From assembly GCA_905178155.1 (NCBI GenBank), contig CAJINV010000026.1:266289-330288 (forward strand): DNA of 64,000 nucleotides, given 5' to 3'. The number at the start of each line of letters is the position of its first letter. The stretch's first letter is position 1. Below the pieces are notes generated by a model. That model was not told the DNA's origin, ran no database searches, and saw only the letters and a program-made list of their open reading frames with translations. Below, in pieces: positions 9,475 to 19,700 of the stretch. The DNA is from Amoebophrya sp. A120. Taxonomy: Eukaryota; Protista; Dinoflagellata. Both the position numbers and the translations under genes were made by a program.

Positions 9475-12367
9475 TCACTTGGAGGTTGATTTCTTTGCGG
9501 ATTCCTCCGTGAACAGCACTTCGTCTTCCTCCAACAATTTCTTCACGTCGCTCGGGGACATGTACCGGCAGCACGCTTTCGACCCCGCCACGGCGGCGTA
9601 CGCCTTGTTCGCAAGGTAGGACAATTTCCCTTCCGGTTTGTGTTCGCTGCAATCAATCGGTTTCCCGTCGTACTGCCCGCACTCTTCCAGCGAGCAGAGG
9701 TCGCGCATCGACGTCTTCGACAGTCCAGTCGTGTACCGGGGAATGCACTTGCCACCGGGACCGTAGCAGCCATCTTCGAATTCGTTCTCGCCCGGGTGGA
9801 GAAACCTTTATTTCGTGGTTTTTTTTTTGGAATGGAGAAGTACGCATTTTTGGCAGCGTCCTAGTTTCTCATGCAAATCACGATATAGCAAAATGTGTTC
9901 CTGCAGCTGTTTTCCTTTTATGCCTGACAAATTGAAGCAGATTTATCAAGCAATACCGACAGCACTTCGATTCCGCCCCCATCATTCCGCCAAACATGTT
10001 ATGCGCCAAGGAGCTCGGGGTCGCCAGCTTGCACCGCACCTCATCCTCGTGGAACTCCGCGCACTCGGCCCGGCTACACTTGGAATCCAACTTGGGGACG
10101 CAGGAACTGTCAAAGTAGCAAAAGGCGCAGGGCACGCCGTGTTGCTTCTCTTTAACACCGAGCTCGAGGATATGGACTGCAAAAGTGTCTGGGTCTGGAA
10201 GAATGGAAGGACTTGTCATGCTCTGCTAGCATGACCCCAAAGTCTGTCATGCTCGTTACCCAAAAGCCCCAATTTTCTGTCATGCCAAAACGCGGTTTGT
10301 CATGCAGAATATCATGAAAAATCTAGAAAGTCAAGAACTTGTCATGCTGAGCCGTCACTTGTGGCGTCCTCAGGATTTGCCAACCAGCATCACAAGTTTC
10401 CAGACCTAGACATATTTGCAATCCATAGAGGAAGGACGAACGCGAATTCGCGAAAGCGAACGCCGAGGTTTCTCCTGAGTATAAACGTACCCACACCAGA
10501 GTTGTAATGCAGATTTGCAAAGACAGGAAGACTTGTAATGCGCATCCCCATGAGAGCCATTTCCAGTCGTGTTTTGGAATTTGTGATGCTGTGAACAGGA
10601 TGAGCAGATGAGTCTGTGATGCGGATTTACTTGCTAACCTGCACTACACTGCAGAGTGCAACTTGTCATGCGTGACTCACAAAACTCCTAGGTTTGTGTT
10701 GCAAAATCCCGATCCTGACTCTGGTGTGGGTACGTTTTTACTCAGGATAAGGTTGCGAATGATTGCTGTAGCGAGAAACCATGTTCGTCTTGTAGTTGAT
10801 CAGAAGTAGTAATCATGTCGTCGCTTCTTGTTGCAGTTGCGGCAGAAGAGGATCCACTTGAAGATGTTTCAGCAAAATTGTCCATGTCCACACGTTCTCC
10901 CCGCCCGTTGAAGTAGTGGACAACTCCGGCTGGTCCACCACCGGTACTTCGAGACGAAGAAGTAGCAATAGTACCCGGATCCACCACCTGTGTAGTTTCC
11001 TTTTCAACAATATCGATTGCAAATATGTCTGGGTCTGGAAGAATGCAAGTTTGTCATGCTTATCTCGCATGACTCGAGAATCTGTGTTGCATAGGCACGA
11101 GAAGGCCCTTTTACCTGTCACGCAAAAACGCAGCTTGCCATGCGGAATACGTAAGACATGGAAGCCAAAAGATTTGTCACGCATAGCTACGTATTGCAGT
11201 GCGTCTATCATCCACTTTCAGCATTACAAGCTTCCAGACCCAGACATATTTGCAATCCATAAACAACAGCATTCTCATCCACGTGGTTTTGATCGAAACC
11301 TGCTGCAGAAATATCCTGAGTAAAAACGTACCAACACCAGAGTTGTAATGCAGATTTGCAAAGACAGGAAGACTTGTGACGCGCATCCCCATGAGAGCCA
11401 TTTCCAATCGTGTTTTGGAATTTGTGATGCTGTGAACAGGATCAGCAGGTCGATTTGTGATGCGGCTTTCCTTGCTAACTTGCACTACCTTACGGACTGA
11501 AACTTGTCATGCGTGACTCCCAAAACTCCTAGGTTTGTGTTGCAAAGTCCCCATCTTGACTCTGGTGTGGGTACGTTTTTACTCAGGATAAGAAAACCCC
11601 GTTATTTGTAACGCCGTTGTTCCAGCTGTAGTTGAACCGCCAAAGAAGTTTCCGCCCCCGTCGTCCGGGGACGTGGAAGAAGAAGTAAACATTGTGAACT
11701 CGTCTTTGTTCCCCGGCTTCTTCGACAAAAACGACGCCGGTGCAGACCACGGCGTCATTTTTCCGATGCTGCTGCTCTCATGGTTGGAAGTGGTACTGTC
11801 GTGCGCACCACTTGAGTCGGACCGTAGGGACGAGAACTGCCGGTCTTCTTGGAGTTGGTTCAACATCATCGGTTGCGGTTTACTATTTGCTCCTCGTCCT
11901 GGTGCAGCTGTTCCTTCGAGGTAGTTGTTGCCGCCGTACTTGGTTTCCCCATCAACCAAAAAGTCTCCACTAACTCCCCTTTTTGTGGTGCTGTCCTGCG
12001 CCGTTTTACCTGATAATTCGGTGAAAGAAGTTTTTTGCTGTTCCTCTCCAACAATCCCCTCCGCCGTCGTTCTTTTTCCCATCGGCTTCAAAAAATCCTC
12101 CTCATTCCCACGCCGATAACTCGCGGCTTTGTTACTTCCGTCAGATTTATTTCCTAAAGAACTTCGTCTCACGTCCCTCTGATTTTCCTTTCCCCGAGCC
12201 AGCACCATCGGGTTGTGGGCAGACCGGTGCGAAAAAATCCGGAGTTGCGCATTGCAGAGGGAGATACAACTCCCGTGTAGCTGCAAAAGGAAGTAGTTGT
12301 ACAACAGCAGCGACCACGGTTGGAGGACCACACGACCACCCGCCGGCGGTCTCAATAAAATCCCCAT
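9475..12367 (-). CDS. Putative secreted protein with two C-terminal Cys-rich modules
   Basis: Hydrophobic N-terminus (MGILL...SLLLYNYFLLQLHGSCISLCNA). The frame is continuous across four introners and one GT-AG intron (9806-9956). Two similar modules (CY..C.P..CS..EC..C..S-K-x0-2-CCR); stop at 9475. Confidence 0.7.
10171..10427. mobile_element. Introner family A
   Basis: TIRs; direct repeat GAGGA; removal joins SSFL-ELGVK. Confidence 0.9.
10471..10749. mobile_element. Introner family C (left terminal TA changed to TC)
   Basis: tctcctgagtataaacgtacccacaccagag ... ctctggtgtgggtacgtttttactcaggata; direct repeat AGGTT; 279 bp, like 11312-11590. Confidence 0.9.
11011..11261. mobile_element. Introner family A
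   Basis: TIRs; direct repeat AACAA; removal joins NAVV-EKETT. Confidence 0.9.
11312..11590. mobile_element. Introner family C
   Basis: Near-perfect ~30-bp TIR tatcctgagtaaaaacgtacc(a/c)acaccagag; direct repeat AGAAA; removal joins TGFS-AAGFD. Confidence 0.92.
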
Positions 12368-13175
12368 GTTGACGTGGAAGTGATGTGCAGCTCGGTGGTA
12401 AGCGGTGTGGTGCGAAGTTTTCCGGGTTATTATTTTCCACTTCGTGATGGTGATCCGCGGGAGAAGTTGTGAGGATTTGCGGTCACAAATCCCGATTGCT
12501 GTTGCCTTCTTCCGTTTCTGGTTTAATAACTTGGTATCTCCTCGCCGCACAACAAAAAAAAAAACAAACTGCGTCTGCGAGAGTTGAAATAATTGGTTTT
12601 ACTTTTACAGAATTGCACTTTGTTTGCTCGGTTACACCAAAACACGTTCGAAGTCCACGCTTTATGTGCGTCGTTGCGTAACACGACATACTTATATACG
12701 TGGTTCGGTGATCTGTATAATGCGCAGTGGGTGTAGTTACTTAGGTTTAGCACGGATCTTCATCATCTTTTACGGGCGGCAGACAGTGGGCACATCAGTG
12801 AGTTGTGATCTAGTATTTGTTCTGATCGTGTAAATAAACTTTTCTTTCATTTGACGACCCTACTACGAGGACGCTGCGTTCTTCACAGAGGACACGCATG
12901 GTAGAGAGAAACGACCCCTGACGTGATCTTTACGTAATTCTTTGACAGCACATAGACATACCACGGGAACACATGACGTCGCCTTCATGATGAATTTTCG
13001 CAGTGAATGCATAAGTATGTGCGCGAACAACTCGTGTAGCCACGCGACAAATATACTGTTTTTTTTGTTGAAAAAATGTTATCGTATTCAGTGACCAACA
13101 AGTCGAAGAACTACACCTCCGCCAGTACAACAGAACCGCAAATCATCATGCAGCCGCTCTGGAGTACTACTACCA

Positions 13176-15579
13176 TCACATCAACGCCTTTTTCTTCCAA
13201 TACAGCGCTTCCAAGACCGCTATGGACTCGTCCAGGAAATGCGCCAAGTCCTTGAAAGAAATCTTCCGGTTTAACGCACTCGAATTCGCGTACGCCTCCA
13301 TTACCGTCTGTTTCCACTGCAGCGTGTGTTCCTGCAAATTTGACAGTGCGAAGAGAATCACCGCAATTTCGTGCTGTTTCTCCGTCGGAGGTGGCTTAGC
13401 TACGTGTTTATTGTTACTCGAAGATGATCCGCCTGCTCCTAAAGCCGTTGACGCGGTTGTCGACGCGGTCGCACTGCTATTAACCGAGCTTCTCATATGC
13501 TGTCCGAAACCACCGAGGCTGCGGCTTGGGCTGGTTGTTGCAACGGACTGCTGGTGCTCAATTGCTGGTGCTGGCGCGCTACAGTTATGGTACATCGCCG
13601 CGAGTAGCTGGCTTTCTTCATCCAATGCTCGGTACAACAAGCTCATTGCTTCCTCTAGTTCCCGATACCGGATTTTTTTCCGGTGAAAGTCCCGAATTTT
13701 CCGCAACAGCAGGAGCAAAAACAATTTCGCCCCCAGCCGCGCGGAGTCGAAGTGACGACACACGTCGGATTCCAGTTGAATCCAGTCGGTTTTCAGCCGC
13801 GAGCGGGCCACGGCCGTTTCGGTTTCCTCGTCAGAGTCGTCTTCAGACTGCGAATACCAAGTGCAAAAATGTCTGGGTCTTGAAGAATGCAACTTGTGAT
13901 GCTGCATTTGAATTCCAAAAAAGTCTGTATTGCATGAGTACCAAAGGGAATGCAATTTTTGCTACGCTGAGAAGGCACTTGTCATGCGGAATAGGTATCA
14001 AGAAGCCCTCCAAAAATCTGTATTGCTAGGGTGTGCATCACAGACATCATGGCTCACCGTCACGCTCATGCAAAACGTGCATGACAACTGCCAGAATCTT
14101 CCAGACCCAGCAGACATTTTTACAGTTGATAGCGAAGTTTGGTCTTCCGTTTGAATACTCAAATTTTGCGGTTTGGGGGAGCCAGCGCCACCCCCCGACG
14201 ACCTGGCTTGCATGCTGTTCAGGGGTGAGGATGGCACCGGCTGCTCGTCTTGTTTCATGATTATCTGGGATGAATGTTGTGGTATTGCTGAAGCTGCTGC
14301 TGCTGCTGCACCACCAGGTAGTGCTGCAGTAGTTCCATCAGCTCTGTGGGTTTCCCCCGTGGTTGTAGTGCTCGTCGTTCCACCTCCTTGAGCAACTTGC
14401 TGCAGTTGCGATGGAACCACTTGTAACCCTGTTGAAGTGGTCATCGTTGAACCCGTGGTACTAGCCGCATTTAGGGGCTCCGCTGTCCTCGTGGTCGTCG
14501 GTGTGCCGGGGCTGGTACTGCAGTGTTGTCCTGCACTGTGTGGAGGTCCACCTGATGCTGTTGATACACTGCCTCCTGCCGCGGTGCTGTTCTGCGGCAA
14601 TTTCGGTGGCAAGGACGACCCAACTGCCGAGGGTCCAGATCCAGGGGTGGTGGCGGTTGTTGTTCCAAATAAAGCTGGTGCTGCACCTCCTACATGCTGC
14701 TGTTGCTGCGCCCCGAGCTGGTGCTGGTGGTGATGCGCCGCGAGCGGCGTGACGCGATCTACTCGATTTGCGGACTTTGGGGAGCCCAGTAGCTCCGCGT
14801 GTAACGGGGAGTCGAGCAGCGTGTCGCGGGGAGGTGGCAAGCTGTGATATATTTTTCGTGTGGCAAAAACGCAACAATTGGGGCACATTTTTAGATGAAA
14901 AGCAATGTAGTGCTGCTTTCAGCAGCTGTAAAATAAAAATAGGGGCTATACGGGTATGATTATCATAATCTTCATACTCTCAACAAAGTGTAAGCAAGAC
15001 AAACAAAAATCACTTCTAATCTATCCAGTATACTCGTTCTCGCCGAAAATTTTTGCGAGCGTGTCGTAGTTCCGTGCCTGCGCCATTTGCACCTGGGGAG
15101 ACGGAAGTTTCTTGGATGACTTCCTTCTCGGTACGTTCGTGTGGGCGGAATATCAAATGCAAAAATGTCTCGGTCTGGAAAGTTGTAATGCTAAAATGTG
15201 CATGATGAAAACATTTTCTCATGCAGGAAAGCATGACAATTTGGCAAAACACTTTCTCATACGCACTCCGCATGAGAAACTGCCTTTTTGTATTTACAAA
15301 AGAGACTACGACCTTTGTCGGTCATGCAGTACAGACTTCGCAGGAATGTAAGGCCAGCATGACAAGTTCCGCTCGTCCGCACCCAGACATATTTGCAATC
15401 CATACGGAACTGGTAGCACTGATGTTCCGGGTGGCCGCTTCCTCTGAAGTAGACCGCATCTCCGCCGAGGATTTTGTTTCAGTTTGGTGCCCAGGTGTCA
15501 AAATTGGGGGTGTAGCAAGTGGCGGAGGGACAACTCCCGTTGCTTGCCCACCGGAAGGTGCGACGGAGGGGCTGCTCAT
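13176..15579 (-). CDS. Hypothetical protein (low-complexity N-terminus, helical C-terminus)
   Basis: The frame is continuous from MSSPS (15579) across introner 15151-15404, a GT-AG intron (14842-15033) and introner 13855-14131 to the stop at 13176. Confidence 0.65.
13855..14131. mobile_element. Introner family A
   Basis: TIRs; direct repeat GCGAA; removal joins DQTS-QSEDD. Confidence 0.9.
15151..15404. mobile_element. Introner family A
   Basis: TIRs; direct repeat CGGAA; removal joins ATSS-AHTNV. Confidence 0.9.
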
Positions 15580-16746
15580 CGTCCTCGACGTGATCCTCGT
15601 CCTCGTGAGTCGAAGTTTATAGACGTCCTAGTCGCACGGCAAGTAGCTCCTCGGCGCGATGACGAGACGCGAAGAAGGGCAATCTTGTGGTGTTTCTTCA
15701 GTATTCTTAGATTGTTCGCAACATGACTGAGCTTGCTGACATTTTTACGCTGGAAAACTGTGCCACACTGAGTAGGAGGTAACAAGACCAAACTCCTTTT
15801 CGCGTCGACATATTCATCTCACGAGAAAACACAAAAATAATTCTTGAGAGGAGTGTAGTTGAAGTGCAGTCTACTCTAGAGCTTTGGTCAAAGAGAACAA
15901 CACACCATGTTGCTCGAGCTTAGGCCCTGCTGTTTCATCATGATACTGCGACCAGGTTCTGACCGATAGAAGACATCAAGCTTGAGTCGCAGCACAGCCT
16001 TCTACTGAGCGGATACTACACATAAATTCGCAGTTGAACAGCTCAGCGGTAGTACAGTTTAGGTGTATGTGCAGACAAGAAATTCAACAACAGACTTCGT
16101 TCCTCGTTGGTTCATATTCTCCTGCCAGCTGCACAAGCAAGCGCCACACTCGAAGTGAAGTTGAGTGAACACAAGATTAACGATTTCTTTTCCTCGTCCC
16201 CGTCGTGTCAAGACACACTCAACTTCTCAGGTTTGGTACAGTTTGAAGATTCGAAGATGAAAATGGTGTTGGAACTAGAGATCCAAAAGGCGGTGATACT
16301 AAAGAAACCGGTGGTAGAAAAGTGTCATGCCTGATTATGGTCAACAGGATCATACGGTATTGTATCTGTAACGGAATCTATCACGGCTAGAGGTGGGAGA
16401 AGGGGAAGGGGATGAAAACTCTGAGGATGGGGTAAAAAAGTAAGTACTTGGCCAACGGTGTGGATAATAGGGCAACTCTATTATACTTAAGCGGAAAAAA
16501 AAACTCAAAGAGAAATATATGTATCGATCTTATGCCAGAACTAAATTGAGAGATGAGAATGTAATACCTGCTCCTAGAAGTTTACAACTCCAAAATGCGT
16601 ACTGTAAAAATTCAAGAAAATAGAGAACTGCATTTTCACAGCCCTAGTTGCATCGAAAGTCTGCTGATAGATTGTCTTCACAAGCTGCTCGTCTACTTTC
16701 TGCAGCTAGCTACAAATCTTCCACCTCTTACGTCAGAAGACTCAAC

Positions 16747-19700
16747 TCAGCGGATCGCGATCCCCTGTCCGGGTTGTGGCTGCGCGTAGTGCCTATCGAC
16801 TGCAAATACTTATGTCTCGGTCTGGCACAAAGATTTGCAGATATTTTCTCATCATGGTCTTTCGACATGCTTCTAGGGACCTGCTTCTCGTGTTATTACA
16901 GCATAACAGCATGATAAGTCTATTTCCGTGGCTTCTTGCAAACACGAAGCCGAAGTGCCTCGATGGTGTTTACCAATAGCACAAGAAACTGGGTTGATTA
17001 ATTAATGAAATAATATAGCCGGAAAACCAACAATCTCGCCGTTCCTTTCCATGCATCACAAATCTCCTTTGGTGTTCTAGAACTTTCGCATCACAATTTC
17101 AGTCTTCCAGATGTGGACATAAGTAAGTAATTTGCAATGCGTAGAGCCCGTAGGAGTAGCCCGTGCCTTGGGTCGTGAACGTGCTGCGTTTGGCCAGCGT
17201 GAGCCAGGTGCCCACCAGCCCATCCAGCACGGTTTGCCCGACCTGGTCCGCCACGGTAATCCCGGGGGACTCCGGTTTCGCGTTGGCGTTATGCAGTGCA
17301 AAAGTATCGCACTCGTAGTAATTGCAGTCATGCAATACAAATCTCGTTTGCGTTTCCAAGGCAAATCAGCATGACAAATTTCATTTTTCATGCTGAGGGA
17401 ATTTGTCATGCAATTTGTACTAGCGCGATACTTTTGCAGCTCATAGGCGTCTTGGTCCAGCAGGACCCGCGCGGCCGCGCGCTTCCGATACTCATGAAAG
17501 TACTCCTTCAGCGTGAAGGACTTCTTCACCCGGTCCAGCCCGACAGCCTGGATTGAGCCAGAAATGTCGGCACCCGCCTCCTGCACCCCGTTCAGCGAGA
17601 GAAACACCTTCGGCAAAGAACCGCTTCCTGGAACTTCGAACTTCCCCTCTGCGCTGTTGTACACCGCAATAGGGTCGTACAGGACCAGCTTGTATCAAAT
17701 GCAAATATTTCTGGGTCTGGAAGGATGCGAACTTTTGATGCGCATTTCGCATGACTCAAAAATCTGTCATGCATGGAAGCCAAAGGCTGCACATTTCTGG
17801 CCACCGAAAGAAGGGTCTTGTAATGCGGATTACGCATTAAGAGACATTCTAAAAACCTGTGATGCTGGGGCGTGCATGGTAGCCCTTCTGGGTCATGCCA
17901 AACCTGCATCACAAACCTCTGCGTCCTTCCAGACCTAGACATTTTTACACTTGATAGCTTGCACACTTCCGTCCCCGGCGTCACCTCGTGAAATTTCGCA
18001 AAAGTCAGCAGCTTATCAAATGTAAAAATGTCTGGGTCTGGAAGGTTCTGAGATTTGTCATGCCTATTTCGGATCACGCACGTGGCGTCTGATGCAGGCA
18101 AAAGCATCACAGGTTTTGAGCAAGCCTCATGATGCCTGTCCCGCATGAGAAACTTCCTACTTGCGTGCCAAGAAATGGACAGCTTTTGGCGCTCATGCAG
18201 CACAAATTTTTGTGTGTTCCAGAGTTTGCATCACAAGTTCCAACCCTTCCAGACCCAGACATTTTTACATTTGATACAGCTCCTTGAAATTCCTCCCCGG
18301 GAGCTGCACATACACCTGCACCACGGGGGAGGGCTTTGAGACAATAGGAAATTGCGGGTCATCCGCAGACATCTTGTTCTGGACGCAAAGCCGAATGCTG
18401 CGCACGTCCGCGTCCCAGGTCGAAACATACGCGTGGACCGTCGCCGGGTCCCAGGGGCGGAAGGCTAATCCGTAGCCAAAGTGGTACTTGACGTTTTTGT
18501 GTTCGTCGTACTGCGTCTGCTGGTGCCGGCGGTAGCCCATTTCGACCCCGTTGCCCGGGTTCCAGGGGTCGTTGTAGCTGTACGGGTCCGGCTTATTTTC
18601 CGCGCCCCAGGCGTCTTGGGAATCGAACAGGGTCAAATGCAGGTGCCCCGAGGGTTGATACGTGCCCATCAAAACGTCGACCAGCGCGTGCCCGGCGAGT
18701 TGGCCCGGGTAGATGCTGAAGAGCACCGCAGCAGCCTGGTCGAATCCGGAGGTCGGGACGGCGCCGGGCGCGGAAACAAACACAATGGCATTGCTGAGAT
18801 CCGCATGCCCCGGGAGTGTGAAAGCGTCGCGCATTTTGTGCAGGTCCCGGTCCTGCCCTTCGCGAGAGTCGGTCGACAGGCAGTAGAGCTTCAGTTTCGT
18901 GGAACTGTCCCCTTCCTCGGCGAACATGCCCGCGGCTTTGAGTGTATGAACTGCAAAAGTATCGTACACGTACTCGTATAAATGCATTACAAATTTGCTC
19001 AGCATGAGAAATAAAAATTGTAATGCGGATTTACCTTACAAAAAAGAGTTGTAATGCATGATTGCAATACGAATCCGATACTTTTGCACAGGATAGAGTG
19101 CCTCCGCCGGAAACACCTGCTTGCACCCGCCGACCGACCCGCTTCCCCCGCCGGCGATTTGGAACTTTTCTTCCGTGCAGGAGTGGTCGACTTTTACCTT
19201 CTGCGTCGGCGCGAGGGGGAGCAGGTTATTTCGGTTTTCCAGCAACACCAAAATGTCCACGGCCAGCATTTTCGTCAAGTGGCGCCAGTCTTCGTAGGTA
19301 GCGGCGTTTGGCTTCTGCGGGAAAACCTGCGCTTGCTTCTGGCGAGACAGGTAGAGCGGATCCTGCTTGTCCAACTGGTGGCCGTCCTGTGCGGCCGCCA
19401 GAATTCGGAACCCCGCCTTGCGTTTCAACGCCGCCGGCGCGCTCCCCACGTCCAGCATGTTTTGCACTCCGCCCTTCCCCGCGCCGTTATCCGGCCCCCA
19501 GGAGCCCTTGGCCGGCTGTTCCTGGTGCAGGCCTGCGGTCAGGTAGTCGGTCGCCTTGTACTGGCTGTTCGGGTTGTGCACGACCCAGTCCGTGAGCACG
19601 TAAAACCGGTCCGAAAGGGAGTTCAGCCAATTGAGAATTTTTCCCTGCGCGCAGCAGGGCACACCCTCCACCTGATTGTAGCCGCACATCACGCTCTGCG

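Noticed and set aside
9806-9956. Old introner converted into a canonical intron
   Set aside because: A weak terminal inverted similarity exists, but there is no 5-bp repeat and introner-style removal breaks the frame. GT-AG splicing fits.
18470-18479. TCCGTAGCCA resembling the dinoflagellate spliced leader (also CCGTAGCC near 28018)
   Set aside because: Only 8-10 nt match, and the first is antisense within the GH3 FGYG motif.
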